Positions 9,234-21,324 of a DNA stretch of 64,000 bases are shown here, in pieces. This stretch comes from Gammaproteobacteria bacterium (GTDB lineage Bacteria > Pseudomonadota > Gammaproteobacteria > Eutrophobiales > Eutrophobiaceae): contig CBDEUC010000001.1 of the NCBI GenBank assembly GCA_965243105.1, forward strand, positions 346,093-410,092, read 5' to 3'. Below the pieces are notes generated by a model. The model worked only from the letters and a program-made list of their open reading frames with translations, did not search any database and was not told the DNA's origin. Every line of letters begins with the position of its first letter. Position 1 is the first letter of the stretch. The translations under genes and the position numbers were made by a program.

Positions 9234-10964
9234 ATGAGCCAGGGTGTCCGGATCCCGAGAATAAAGACCATGTCAGCGGTGCTGGCCAACCAGATCGCCG
9301 CCGGTGAAGTGGTGGAGCGACCCGCATCCATCGTCAAGGAACTGCTGGAGAATGCGCTTGATGCCGATGCCACGCGAATCAGCATAGACGTTGAGAAGGC
9401 AGGTACCGCACTGATTCGAATCAGTGACAATGGCCACGGCATTCATCCCGATGACATGGAGCTGGCATTGCGACGCCATGCCACTGCCAAGTTGCAACAG
9501 CAGGCCGATCTTGAATGCATTAATAGCCTGGGATTCAGGGGAGAGGCCCTGCCCAGTATCTCTTCTGTTTCTGATACGGTCATCGTGTCCCGCATTGCCG
9601 ATGAAAGTGAAGGTCGCCGGGTTAGCAGTAATACAGACGGTTCACTGGTGCTTGCACCAGCTGCCCACCCTGTGGGTACCACGGTTGAAGTGGCCGCACT
9701 TTTTCACCGTCTTCCTGCGAGGAAAAAATATCTCAAGAGCGAGAGGACCGAGCTCCTGCACATCCAGGAAATTGCCCGGCGCCTGGCGCTAAGTCGTTTT
9801 GATTTCAACCTGGAGGTGCGCCACAACAACCGCCAGCTGCTGAGCTGCCGCGGTGGCCTGGAAAATCCGCGGCAGAGAATATCGCCGGTGATGGGAAAAA
9901 GTTTTTCAGACAATGCCATCGAGATCGATAGCAGTGCTGATGGCATGCGCCTGTGGGGCTGGCTGGGTCTCGGGCAGCTGTCGCGTAGCAGCACAGATCG
10001 GCAGTATCTCTACCTGAACAGGCGGGTAATCTATGATCGTCGCCTGGCACACGCTATCAGGCTGGCCTGTGAAGAACGCTTACTGCCGGGGCGCTTTCCT
10101 TCGTACGTGCTTTATCTCGAGATCGACAACAACGCCGTTGATGTCAATGTTCATCCTGCAAAGCATGAAGTGAGGTTCAGGCGTGCCCGCGATGTGCATG
10201 ATTTTGTCTATGCCGCTGTACTTGGAGAGTTACAAAGGCAGAAGCCGGGCATCGAACTGCAGCCAGGCGCCACTTCGCTGGAACAGGAAAGCATGGTGAG
10301 GGATGTCATAGATGCAGGCACCTGGCATGGAAAAGGCAGGGATATCAACCGTACTTCAGCAGCTGGTGCCAGCGAGGCAGTCCTTGCAGGCAATCCGGAC
10401 TCGGTCGCATGGGGCAGGATAATTGCCAGTGTCGAAAAGGATATCCTTGTTTGCATTCGAAATGATCGCCTTCTGCTTATCAACCTTCTCGAGGTCAAGC
10501 GTTTCCTTGCACGTGAGCGCCTGGGTAAGCCTGAAAAACTCACAGCCCGGCCGCTGCTGGTCCCGGTCAATATTGAAACCAGGACGCTTGCCGGGACAGA
10601 TTTTGACAGGTACGCATCGCTGCTGTCGCATTACTCGCTGGACCTGGTTTTGAACGGACCGGGGTCCTGCCGTGTCCGTGCTATTCCACACCTTCTTGAA
10701 GATGCTGATATCGCGTCAGTCGTCAGGGCCCTGTTCGAGGTTGACATTGACGGTCGGACTGAAAAAGATATTTGCGCAGACCTTGAAAACGTGATGCTGG
10801 CGCATATTGAAGCACCCACCATGGACCATCCCGCTTGTAGCGAAGTACGCACATTATTAAAACAACTGGAAGCCGCCGTGCCGAATAGTAGCGCAGGGCA
10901 ACACCCACCGCTCTGGCGTTCCATGGACGCATCCGGTCTCAGGAAAATATTGAAAGATGCCTGA
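9234..10964 (+). CDS. mutL: DNA mismatch repair protein MutL
   Basis: LANQIAAGEVVERPAS, GFRGEAL, VDVNVHPAKHEVRF; C-terminal domain lacks the DQHA endonuclease motif. Confidence 0.96.
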   Translation: MSQGVRIPRIKTMSAVLANQIAAGEVVERPASIVKELLENALDADATRISIDVEKAGTALIRISDNGHGIHPDDMELALRRHATAKLQQQADLECINSLGFRGEALPSISSVSDTVIVSRIADESEGRRVSSNTDGSLVLAPAAHPVGTTVEVAALFHRLPARKKYLKSERTELLHIQEIARRLALSRFDFNLEVRHNNRQLLSCRGGLENPRQRISPVMGKSFSDNAIEIDSSADGMRLWGWLGLGQLSRSSTDRQYLYLNRRVIYDRRLAHAIRLACEERLLPGRFPSYVLYLEIDNNAVDVNVHPAKHEVRFRRARDVHDFVYAAVLGELQRQKPGIELQPGATSLEQESMVRDVIDAGTWHGKGRDINRTSAAGASEAVLAGNPDSVAWGRIIASVEKDILVCIRNDRLLLINLLEVKRFLARERLGKPEKLTARPLLVPVNIETRTLAGTDFDRYASLLSHYSLDLVLNGPGSCRVRAIPHLLEDADIASVVRALFEVDIDGRTEKDICADLENVMLAHIEAPTMDHPACSEVRTLLKQLEAAVPNSSAGQHPPLWRSMDASGLRKILKDA

Positions 10965-11916
10965 GCAGGCGGCAAAAAATATGCAGGTTGTTTTTCTCAT
11001 GGGCCCCACTGCGAGTGGTAAAACTGATGTCTCTCTCGAACTCTGTGAGCGCTTTCCCTTTGAGATTATCAGCGTCGACTCTGCCATGGTCTATCGAGGC
11101 CTGGATATCGGCACCGCAAAGCCGGATAGCGAGACACTTGCGCGCTATCCCCACAGGCTCATCGATATTTGTGAACCCACGGAGTCTTACTCGGCAGGTA
11201 ATTTTCGCGAGGATGCGCTTCGTGCCATTGATGAGATCCATGCACAGGGAAAAATTCCATTACTAGTGGGTGGTACCGGCCTGTATTTTCGAGCACTTGA
11301 GCGAGGCATAGCCGAGCTGCCAGCGGCGCACGAGGAAACCAGGAAAGCATTGATCGATGAGGCGGGGCAGCACGGATGGCAGGCCCTGCACGGTGAATTG
11401 GCGAGGGTGGATCCCGAATCCGCAAGACGTATTCATCCCAATGACCCTCAACGTATCCAGCGCGCCCTTGAAGTTTTTCGCGTCAGTGGCAGGACCCTGA
11501 CCTCGTTTTTTGATGAGCATGACCGGCCGATGCCTTTCAATTCAATCAAACTGGTTATTTGTCCGGACAAAAGAGAGGTTTTACACCAGCGAATCGAGCA
11601 ACGATTTCAAAAAATGATGGAATTCGGCCTGTTAAACGAGGTCAAAGGACTGTATCAAAGGGGCGACCTTGGACCGGATTTACCCTCGATGCGCGTAGTG
11701 GGATATCGGCAGGCCTGGCAGTACCTGGATGGTGACCTCGACGAGGCTGAAATGCGCTACCGCGCAGTGGTGGCGACGCGGCAACTGGCCAAGCGGCAGC
11801 TGACGTGGCTGCGCTCCGAGGTCGATACACGCTGGTTTGACTCTGCGAAAGAAAATTTTTCCAGGGAAATAGGTGATTTTCTTGAGACTGACCCCATATT
11901 GTTATCGACAATGTAA
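10957..11916 (+). CDS. miaA: tRNA dimethylallyltransferase
   Basis: GPTASGKT, DSAMVYRGLDIGTAKP, VGGTGLYF, TRQLAKRQLTW. Confidence 0.98.
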   Translation: MPEQAAKNMQVVFLMGPTASGKTDVSLELCERFPFEIISVDSAMVYRGLDIGTAKPDSETLARYPHRLIDICEPTESYSAGNFREDALRAIDEIHAQGKIPLLVGGTGLYFRALERGIAELPAAHEETRKALIDEAGQHGWQALHGELARVDPESARRIHPNDPQRIQRALEVFRVSGRTLTSFFDEHDRPMPFNSIKLVICPDKREVLHQRIEQRFQKMMEFGLLNEVKGLYQRGDLGPDLPSMRVVGYRQAWQYLDGDLDEAEMRYRAVVATRQLAKRQLTWLRSEVDTRWFDSAKENFSREIGDFLETDPILLSTM

Positions 11917-11994
11917 TATACTTTAGAAGGATACCAGGCGGGATTGCCTAAAATTACATAAGAATTACAAGATAGAATAAGAAGGAGATGAGAT

Positions 11995-12237
11995 ATGAGT
12001 AAAGGTCATACATTGCAGGATCCTTTCCTCAATGCTTTACGAAAAGAGAGAGTGCCGGTTTCGATATTTCTTGTTAACGGAATCAAGTTGCAGGGACAGG
12101 TAGAGTCATTTGACCAGTTTGTCGTACTTCTTAAAAACTCTGTCAGCCAGCTTGTGTACAAGCATGCCATATCGACGATTGTCCCCTCGCGAAACGTCAA
12201 GATGCCAAGGACCGACGAAGAGGGCGCTTCATCCTGA
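11995..12237 (+). CDS. hfq: RNA chaperone Hfq
   Basis: [26 protein letters not shown]. Confidence 0.99.
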   Translation: MSKGHTLQDPFLNALRKERVPVSIFLVNGIKLQGQVESFDQFVVLLKNSVSQLVYKHAISTIVPSRNVKMPRTDEEGASS

Positions 12238-12270
12238 TGCAAGTCGTACACGCTGGGCCAGGTTAACAAT

Positions 12271-13548
12271 TTGAACGACCGCCTTGAACATGGCGCACGC
12301 GCCATACTAGTACACATCGATTTTCGAAATCCCCAGTTCCAGGAAGAGCTCGACGAGTTTGCCGAGCTGGTCAGCTCTGCCGGCATCGAAGCTGAATCCA
12401 TGGTTAGCGGTAGCCGCTCGGCACCCGACGCCCGTTACTTTGTCGGCAGCGGCAAACTCGAAGAGGTGCGACAACTTGTTTCTGACACTGGCGTCGACCT
12501 GGTCATTTTTAATCACGAACTCAGTCCCGGGCAGGAGAGAAATATCGAGAAATTCCTGTCCTGCCGCGTGCTCGATCGTATCGGCCTGATACTGGATATT
12601 TTTGCGCAACGCGCAAGAAGCTACGAGGGTAAATTGCAGGTAGAACTGGCACAGCTGCAGCATCTTTCCACGCGCCTGGTCAGGGGCTGGTCCCATCTTG
12701 AAAGGCAGAAAGGTGGTATCGGGCTGCGTGGTCCGGGCGAAACCCAGCTTGAAACCGACCGCCGCCTGATCGGTCATCGAATCAAGGCTATCAATGCGCG
12801 TCTTGCCAGGGTGAAGAGTCAGCGATCCCAGGGAAGGCGGTTACGCAGAAGCAACGAGACACCCGTGATTTCGCTGGTGGGTTATACCAATGCCGGGAAG
12901 TCGACGCTGTTCTCGCGATTAACCGGTGTCGAGGTGCTGGCCGCTGATCGACTCTTTGCGACCCTGGATACCACGCTTCGAAAAATTCAGGTGGCGCCGG
13001 GAAAGCAGGCCATCCTCGGCGACACCGTAGGCTTTATTCGCCACATTCCCCATGATCTTATTGAATCATTTCACGCCACGCTGGAGGAAGTACGCGAGGC
13101 TGACCTGCTTTTACATGTCATTGATGCCAGTGATGAACAACGTCACCAGAGAATCCAGCAGGTCAATGAAGTTATCGAGGAAATCGGTGCCGACGCTGTA
13201 CCCCAACTGCACGTCTACAACAAGATCGATCGAATCGACGGTATGCAGGCCAGGAGTGAAGTGTCCAGGGAGGGTATAAACAGGGTCTGGTTATCAGCGC
13301 GTGATAATAACGGTGTGGAATCACTGTTAAGGTGCATCGAAAACATGCTGTGGCAGGATAACCAGCTGCATGATCTGCTCATACCAGCCAATGCCGGGCG
13401 ACTTCGCGCCAGCCTCTACCAGCAGGGTGACGTGAGACAAGACGAGCCCAGTGATACGGGTGGCTGGTTGATGAAAGTCAGCCTCGACCCGGTGGTGTTT
13501 CAACGGCTTTGCCACGAGCAGGGGCTTGAAAAAGCCCTGCTTAACTAG
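12271..13548 (+). CDS. hflX: GTPase HflX
   Basis: GPGETQLETDRR, GYTNAGKST, LFATLDTT, DTVGFI, NKID; TTG start. Confidence 0.97.
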   Translation: MNDRLEHGARAILVHIDFRNPQFQEELDEFAELVSSAGIEAESMVSGSRSAPDARYFVGSGKLEEVRQLVSDTGVDLVIFNHELSPGQERNIEKFLSCRVLDRIGLILDIFAQRARSYEGKLQVELAQLQHLSTRLVRGWSHLERQKGGIGLRGPGETQLETDRRLIGHRIKAINARLARVKSQRSQGRRLRRSNETPVISLVGYTNAGKSTLFSRLTGVEVLAADRLFATLDTTLRKIQVAPGKQAILGDTVGFIRHIPHDLIESFHATLEEVREADLLLHVIDASDEQRHQRIQQVNEVIEEIGADAVPQLHVYNKIDRIDGMQARSEVSREGINRVWLSARDNNGVESLLRCIENMLWQDNQLHDLLIPANAGRLRASLYQQGDVRQDEPSDTGGWLMKVSLDPVVFQRLCHEQGLEKALLN

Positions 13549-13718
13549 CATATATTCATACAGGTGCCGATTGAGCGAGGGCTTTGCCGGGGCGCGGCTT
13601 TCGGGTTAGTCATCCGAGGCCGGCTTTATGGTACTATGCCTGACTTGCAGCGATGCCGACAGGCGCTGCTAATGTCCTGTTAATTATGTCTAATATCAAT
13701 GAGATGGGAGTAGTTTGA

Positions 13719-14867
13719 ATGGGCTGGAACGAACCACCCGGTGGTAACAAGGGTAAAGATCCCTGGGGTAATCGTGGAAATGGCGAGGGACCACCCGACC
13801 TCGACGAGATCGTGAAGAAAATGCAGCGCGGATTTGGCGGTATGTTTGGTAACAAGCCCGGCAAAGTCGGTGGTAGCCCATCGTTTCTCAATTTCGTGAT
13901 CATCCTTGTGTTACTACTGGTGTGGCTGGGCTATGACATGTTCCACGCCATTGATGAACAGGAAAGGGGCGTGGTGCTGAGGTTTGGTAAGTACGTCACC
14001 ACCCTGCAGCCCGGTGCGAACATTCGCTTTCCCATGCCGATCGAGTTCGTTGAGCGTGTCAACGTCGGTCAGGTGCGCACCCTGACTCACAAGGCCACGA
14101 TGCTGACCCAGGATGAAAATATCGTTGACGTGGAAGTCGCGGTGCAGTGGCAAATCCGTGATCCCGCTAATTTCAAGTTCAACGTTAACTCTCCCACAGC
14201 GACCCTGCGCCAGGTAGCAGAAAGTGCGGTGCGTCGAGTCATAGGGACCAACAAGCTGGACTTTGTCCTGACCGAGGGTCGCGGACAAATTGCCCAGGAC
14301 CAGAAAGCGGTAATGCAAAGTATCCTGGATCGCTATGAAGTCGGGATCCTGATCGTTACCGTTGAAATGCAGCCGGCCAAGCCACCCGACCAGGTGAAGG
14401 CCGCGTTTGATGATGCCATCAAGGCGCGAGAGGACGAGCAACGAATCGTAAACGAAGCCGAGGCTTATCGTAATGAAATTATTCCCCGTGCCCGCGGTGC
14501 AGCAGCGCGACTCAGGGAGGAAGCCAATGCTTACAAGACCAAGGTGATAGCGAAGGCAGAGGGTGAGGCTTCCCGTTTTGTCCAGCTGCTAACAGAGTAT
14601 GAGCGGGCCCCGGCGATTACCCGTGAACGCCTGTACCTTGATTCCCTGGAGTCGGTGTTTACTGATACCAACAAGATCCTTATCGATTCCGAAGGGTCAA
14701 ACAGTCTCATGTACCTGCCAATAGACCAGCTACTGAAGAATCGCGGTGGCGCTGGAACCAACCTGGGTGACATCATTCCGCGCGAATTCAAGCCGGATAA
14801 CCCGGCTGCACAGTCACTTCAAAATATGCGGGACAGGGCCAGTTCTCGATTAAGGGAGGGCAGATAG
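13719..14867 (+). CDS. hflK: FtsH protease modulator HflK
   Basis: MGWNEPPG...GPPDLDE, SPFH domain. Confidence 0.97.
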   Translation: MGWNEPPGGNKGKDPWGNRGNGEGPPDLDEIVKKMQRGFGGMFGNKPGKVGGSPSFLNFVIILVLLLVWLGYDMFHAIDEQERGVVLRFGKYVTTLQPGANIRFPMPIEFVERVNVGQVRTLTHKATMLTQDENIVDVEVAVQWQIRDPANFKFNVNSPTATLRQVAESAVRRVIGTNKLDFVLTEGRGQIAQDQKAVMQSILDRYEVGILIVTVEMQPAKPPDQVKAAFDDAIKAREDEQRIVNEAEAYRNEIIPRARGAAARLREEANAYKTKVIAKAEGEASRFVQLLTEYERAPAITRERLYLDSLESVFTDTNKILIDSEGSNSLMYLPIDQLLKNRGGAGTNLGDIIPREFKPDNPAAQSLQNMRDRASSRLREGR

Positions 14868-14868
14868 T

Positions 14869-15732
14869 ATGTACGCGAAGATAATTATCGCATTATTGAT
14901 AGCAGCAATCCTTGGATCGTTTTCTGTGTTCAGGGTTCAGCAATGGGAACAGGCGATCGTGTTTCGCTTCAAGGAAGTACACCGGACTGATAATGAACCC
15001 GGACTTCATTTCATGTGGCCATTTGTGGACACGGCGAAGAAATTTTCCACCCAGTTACTGAACGTCGACCAGGATCCCCAGAGGTTTATCACCGTTGAGA
15101 AAAAGGACGTGATTGTTGACTACTATGCCAAGTGGAAAATCACCAACGTTGAGAAATTCTATACCGCAACCCGCGGTGGCGATTTCAACTACGCAAATAC
15201 ACTTCTCGGTCAAAGGATAAACACTGCGCTGCGTGACGAATTTGGTAAGCGAACAGTGCAGGAAGTGGTCGCCAGTGAGCGAGGTGAGATTTTTGATATC
15301 GTCAAGTCTGAAACCGAGCGATTTCCGGATGAGCTGGGTATTACCATAAAAGACGTGCAGACCAAGCGAATCGATTTGCCGGAAGAAGTCAGTCACTCGG
15401 TTTATGAACGAATGAGGGCCGAGCGACTTCGCGTGGCCAAGGACTTTCGTGCCCGTGGCGAAGAAGCCGCGGAAAGAATCCAGGCAAAGGCTGACAGGGA
15501 CCGCGAGGTAATCCTCGCCGAGGCTTACCGGGATGCAGAGACTATCAGGGGTGAAGGTGATGCCCAGGCAACGGAAATATATGCTGCGGCATTTGGTCGT
15601 AACGAAGAATTCTACACCATGTATCGTAGCCTGAATGCGTACAAGAATGTGTTCCAGCGCGGTAATGATGTCCTGTTGTTAAAGCCTGATTCCGAATTTT
15701 TCAAGTACTTCAACCAATCCCGGGGAAAATAG
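14869..15732 (+). CDS. hflC: FtsH protease modulator HflC
   Basis: SPFH domain, VYERMRAER, follows hflK. Confidence 0.96.
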   Translation: MYAKIIIALLIAAILGSFSVFRVQQWEQAIVFRFKEVHRTDNEPGLHFMWPFVDTAKKFSTQLLNVDQDPQRFITVEKKDVIVDYYAKWKITNVEKFYTATRGGDFNYANTLLGQRINTALRDEFGKRTVQEVVASERGEIFDIVKSETERFPDELGITIKDVQTKRIDLPEEVSHSVYERMRAERLRVAKDFRARGEEAAERIQAKADRDREVILAEAYRDAETIRGEGDAQATEIYAAAFGRNEEFYTMYRSLNAYKNVFQRGNDVLLLKPDSEFFKYFNQSRGK

Positions 15733-15828
15733 ACAGGCCTTAAGCAGCGGCTTCGGCGGCTAAACCAGTACTCCTGGTTTGACGCGGGCCACCTCGACCT
15801 GAGCCAATGATGCAGCCAGACACTAGCC

Positions 15829-16014
15829 ATGTGGAGTGAATTTCTCACCGCCCTTGCCCTGGTTTTTATCCTGGAAGGCATCATTCCCTTTCTCAATCCC
15901 GAGGGCATGCGTAAAATGCTGGTCATGGCGATGCAGCTTGACGATAAAACCTTACGCTTTGTCGGTCTGAGCAGTATGATCGCCGGGCTCATACTGCTCT
16001 ATATTGTTAACTGA
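15829..16014 (+). CDS. yjeT: DUF2065 / YjeT small membrane protein
   Basis: ALALVFILEGI.PF..P...R; conserved position after hflC. Confidence 0.9.
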   Translation: MWSEFLTALALVFILEGIIPFLNPEGMRKMLVMAMQLDDKTLRFVGLSSMIAGLILLYIVN

Positions 16015-16027
16015 ACCGCCTGACATC

Positions 16028-17209
16028 ATGACTATCAGAAATCGCTGGCTACTGCCGGAAGGTATCGAGGAGATTTTGCCCCCGCAGGCAGCGGCGGTGG
16101 AACTGCTTTGCCGTGAAATCCTGGACATGTTTGAGACCTGGGGCTATGACCTGGTCATGCCACCGCTCATCGAGTACCTGGATTCCCTGCTTACCGGAAC
16201 CGGCGAAGATCTTGACCTGCAGACTTTCAAGATTACTGACCAGCTGAGCGGACGTAGCATGGGGCTTCGTGCCGATATGACACCCCAGGTAGCACGCATC
16301 GATGCTCATATTCTCAAGAGCGATTTTCCCACACGCCTTTGTTACCTGGGCACCGTTTTGCACACTCGACCGAGCGGTCATGGTGGTACAAGGGCACCGC
16401 TACAGGTCGGCGCAGAGTTACATGGTCATGCCGGGGCAAACAGTGACGCGGAAATTCTCAGCCTGATGCTGCGAACATTAAAACTGGCAGATGTGCGTAA
16501 TGTGCACGTGGATCTCGGGCACGTGGGTATCTATCGAGGCCTGGTGGACAGGTTAAACATCAGCTCAAGCGATGAGGCGCGCCTGTTCGATGCGCTGCAA
16601 AGAAAAGCCTCGGCAGAGATAGAAAGCATGTTTGACGGCTGGGGTAGCGATGGAAGCCTGGCGAAAATGTTCAGGGCACTGATCCAGCTCAATGGTGGGC
16701 CAGAGGTTCTCGCAGATGCAAGAAAGCAGCTGGCCTCCGCCGGTGACGAGGTACTCGCTTGCCTGGATGAACTTGAGAACATCTGTCGTCTCACTGAAAA
16801 CCTGGTCAGGCAGCCACCCCTGTATTTTGACCTGGCCGAGTTGCGTGGTTACGCCTATTACACGGGCTTTACCTTTGCGGCTTACCTGCCGGGTGAAGGG
16901 CAGGGCATCGCCTTTGGCGGCCGCTACGACGATGTGGGAGAAGCGTTTGGTCGAGCAAGACCCGCAACCGGCTTCAGTACCGATGTAAAGAAACTGTTTT
17001 TATTGTCCGAGCAGGATTACACGCAAAGACCAGCTATCTATGCACCTGCATCGGAGGTTCCCGGGCTCACGGAACTGGTAGAAAAATTACGCGCAGACGG
17101 AGAAAGGGTTATTTCTGATTTGCCCGGGCAGGCGGGCACTGCGGGAGACATGGGTTGCGACCGCCAGATCGAATTGAAAGACGGCAAGTGGCAGGTCACG
17201 CAATTATAA
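16028..17209 (+). CDS. hisZ: ATP phosphoribosyltransferase regulatory subunit
   Basis: WLLPEGIEE.LP, LRADMTPQVARID, GGRYD; ATG 16028 (ORF open from 16004). Confidence 0.96.
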   Translation: MTIRNRWLLPEGIEEILPPQAAAVELLCREILDMFETWGYDLVMPPLIEYLDSLLTGTGEDLDLQTFKITDQLSGRSMGLRADMTPQVARIDAHILKSDFPTRLCYLGTVLHTRPSGHGGTRAPLQVGAELHGHAGANSDAEILSLMLRTLKLADVRNVHVDLGHVGIYRGLVDRLNISSSDEARLFDALQRKASAEIESMFDGWGSDGSLAKMFRALIQLNGGPEVLADARKQLASAGDEVLACLDELENICRLTENLVRQPPLYFDLAELRGYAYYTGFTFAAYLPGEGQGIAFGGRYDDVGEAFGRARPATGFSTDVKKLFLLSEQDYTQRPAIYAPASEVPGLTELVEKLRADGERVISDLPGQAGTAGDMGCDRQIELKDGKWQVTQL

Positions 17210-17233
17210 ATACTTGGGTATAACAATAACTAA

Positions 17234-18544
<1,311 letters not shown>

Positions 18545-18567
18545 TCAGCTCGCAGGGAGGTACAACG

Positions 18568-19371
18568 ATGAGTGCTGAAGCTAACGATGTAGTTGAAGAA
18601 AGCATCCTTCTCAAGCATACCGAGAATGGAATCTGTACCCTGACCTTGAACAGGCCCACAAAATACAATGCGCTGTCATCAGACATGCTGGATGCCCTGC
18701 AGGCAGCCCTGGATGACATCGCCAGTGATGACAGCATCAACGTGGTGATTATCGCTGCAAACGGCAAGGCGTTCTGCCCCGGCCATGATTTGAAAGAGAT
18801 GCGCTCCAGCGAAGACAGGGCATTTCACCAGGCCCTGTTTGACAAGTGTGGCAACATGATGCTCAGTATCAACAGGCTGCCACAGCCGGTTATCGCACGG
18901 GTGCATGGCATCGCCACGGCTGCAGGTTGCCAGCTTGTGGCAAACTGCGATCTTGCCGTCGCCAGCGATGATGCGCGTTTTGCCGTTTCCGGGATCAATG
19001 TCGGACTTTTTTGCTCAACACCGGCAGTTCCACTCAGTCGCAACCTGCCACGCAAGCAGGCCATGGAGATGTTACTCACCGGCGAATTTATTTCAGCAGA
19101 GACGGCGCTGCAGTACGGACTGGTAAACAAGGTGGTCAGCATGGATGAACTGGCTTCGGCAACTACGGAACTGGCTGAAAAAATCAGCGCAAAGTCTTCT
19201 CACGCAATACGATTGGGCAAGGAAATGTTTTATCGACAGTTGTCGCTGGATCTTTCCGAGGCTTATGCTTTTGCCAGCGAGAGAATGACCTGCAATATGG
19301 ATAGTGAGGATGCGCGTGAGGGGATTGATGCTTTCATCGAAAAACGCAAACCTGAGTGGAAAAACCGCTGA
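18568..19371 (+). CDS. Enoyl-CoA hydratase/isomerase family protein
   Basis: FCPGHDLKEM, ATAAGCQLVANCDL, GLFCSTP; GGAGG RBS before ATG 18568. Confidence 0.93.
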   Translation: MSAEANDVVEESILLKHTENGICTLTLNRPTKYNALSSDMLDALQAALDDIASDDSINVVIIAANGKAFCPGHDLKEMRSSEDRAFHQALFDKCGNMMLSINRLPQPVIARVHGIATAAGCQLVANCDLAVASDDARFAVSGINVGLFCSTPAVPLSRNLPRKQAMEMLLTGEFISAETALQYGLVNKVVSMDELASATTELAEKISAKSSHAIRLGKEMFYRQLSLDLSEAYAFASERMTCNMDSEDAREGIDAFIEKRKPEWKNR

Positions 19372-19490
19372 GCTGCTTCAGCCGAGGTCATGCTGCCCTG
19401 AAATTGCGCTCAAAATGCTCATGTATTTCTATATACACTCCGCTTTTTCGCCTAATTTCATGTTGCCTGACACGCAGCTGAAATTGCTCA
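19369..19490. repeat. Palindromic intergenic element, family B
   Basis: Core 19417-19450 is a near-exact reverse complement of 46325-46359; outer imperfect IR TGAGC..TTCAGC / GCTGAA..GCTCA. Confidence 0.75.
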
Positions 19491-19649
19491 GTAATTAGTA
19501 ATTGAGATCGCACAATTTTTCAAAATTGCAGTTGGGACAAATTAAGGCTGGCTCCAACAGGAAATCTTAATGAAAGGTGCATGTAGCTTGATGATGAATG
19601 GCAGGTGCTGCTGAAAAGCAAACCTGTTTGAAAATACCTGGAAAGAATT

Positions 19650-21284
19650 ATGGCAGTTAATCCCTACAACAAAGACCTGGATAAAAACGCGGCAAACCAT
19701 ACGCCGATATCCCCGCTGACTTTCATAGAAAGGGCGGCTGCCGTTTATCCCGACTATACTGCGCTTGTTTACGGTGATTTGCGGCGCAGCTGGGCTGAAG
19801 TCTATGCCCGTTCCCGCCAGCTGGCATCGTCACTGTCAAAGCAAGGTATCACGGAAGGTGACACCGTGGCGGTTATGCTGCCTAACACACCTGCCATGTA
19901 CGAAGCGCACTACGGCATTCCCATGACGGGAGCAGTCATCAATGCCCTCAATATCCGTCTCGATGCCGATGCTATTGCCTTCATGCTGAAACATGGCGAG
20001 GCGAAAATTATTCTTACCGACCGGGAGTTCTCGGCTGTCATCAGTGCAGCTATTGACCAGCTTGATGATAAACCCATGGTTATCGATGTGGATGATCCTG
20101 CCTATGAAGGCGGAGAGTTCATCGGCGAGATTGAATATGAAGAATTTATCGCCGGGGGTGATGAGAACTTCGAGTGGCAGCTGCCATCCGACGAGTGGAA
20201 CGCCATTTCCCTGAGCTATACCTCGGGTACTACCGGTGATCCCAAGGGCGTGGTTACCCATCATCGCGGCGCACACCTGAATGCGGTTAACAACATCATG
20301 GCATGGAACATGACAGCGCACCCGGTCTATCTCTGGACCTTGCCGATGTTCCACTGCAATGGCTGGTGTTTCCCCTGGACTATTGCTGCACTTAACGGCA
20401 CCAACATCTGCCTGCGAGCGGTGAGGGAGAAGGATATTTTTACCCTCATTAAAAATGAAAAAATCAGTCACCTTTGCGGTGCTCCCATCGTGCTGAACCT
20501 GATGGCCAATGCCGATGATTCGCTCAAGCAGGGTATAGATCACCAGGTGAACGTGATGACTGCGGCGTCAGCGCCGCCTCCTGCAGTGCTTGAAGCCATG
20601 GAGAAAATGAATTTCAGGGTAACCCATACCTATGGCCTGACCGAGGTGTATGGACCGGCGGTAGTTTGTGCCTGGCATCATGAGTGGGATGATCTGCCTA
20701 TCAATGAACAGGCAGAGCTTAAATCCCGCCAGGGTGTTCGCTACCCCTTGCTGGAAGAGCTCAAGGTGCTTGACCCGGAAACCATGCAGCCCGTGCCACG
20801 GGATGGGGAAACTATCGGGGAAATCATGTTTCGTGGAAACGTTGTCATGAAGGGGTATTTCAAGAACCCGGACGCCACGCAAAAGTCTTTTGAGGGCGGC
20901 TGGTTTCATAGTGGCGACCTGGCTGTATGCCACGAGGACGGCTACGTGGAAATACGGGATCGTTCCAAGGATATTATCATCTCCGGTGGTGAAAATATTT
21001 CCAGTATAGAAATTGAAAAGACGCTTTATCGTCATCCTTCGGTGATGGAAGCGGCGGTTGTTGCGAGACCGGACGAGAAGTGGGGAGAGACGCCCTGCGC
21101 ATTTGTCAGCCTTAAGGATAGTGCCGAAGAGACAAGCGAACAGGACATCATCGATTTTTGCCGTGACAACATGGCCCATTTCAAGGCGCCGAAAACCGTG
21201 ATATTTGGTCCCCTGCCAAAAACATCCACCGGCAAGATACAGAAATTCATACTGCGCCAGCAGGCAGAGTCAATGCAGCCGTGA
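19650..21284 (+). CDS. Acyl-CoA synthetase (AMP-binding; AAE/DmdB1-like subfamily)
   Basis: SYTSGTTGDPKG, LPMFHCNGW, YGLTE, GDLAV, IISGGENI, KTSTGK; N-terminal L.KN.AN..P.SP. Confidence 0.93.
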   Translation: MAVNPYNKDLDKNAANHTPISPLTFIERAAAVYPDYTALVYGDLRRSWAEVYARSRQLASSLSKQGITEGDTVAVMLPNTPAMYEAHYGIPMTGAVINALNIRLDADAIAFMLKHGEAKIILTDREFSAVISAAIDQLDDKPMVIDVDDPAYEGGEFIGEIEYEEFIAGGDENFEWQLPSDEWNAISLSYTSGTTGDPKGVVTHHRGAHLNAVNNIMAWNMTAHPVYLWTLPMFHCNGWCFPWTIAALNGTNICLRAVREKDIFTLIKNEKISHLCGAPIVLNLMANADDSLKQGIDHQVNVMTAASAPPPAVLEAMEKMNFRVTHTYGLTEVYGPAVVCAWHHEWDDLPINEQAELKSRQGVRYPLLEELKVLDPETMQPVPRDGETIGEIMFRGNVVMKGYFKNPDATQKSFEGGWFHSGDLAVCHEDGYVEIRDRSKDIIISGGENISSIEIEKTLYRHPSVMEAAVVARPDEKWGETPCAFVSLKDSAEETSEQDIIDFCRDNMAHFKAPKTVIFGPLPKTSTGKIQKFILRQQAESMQP

Positions 21285-21324
21285 GTGTTTCTATTGTGAG
21301 AATAATAGCCTGGAAAAGCGAACC

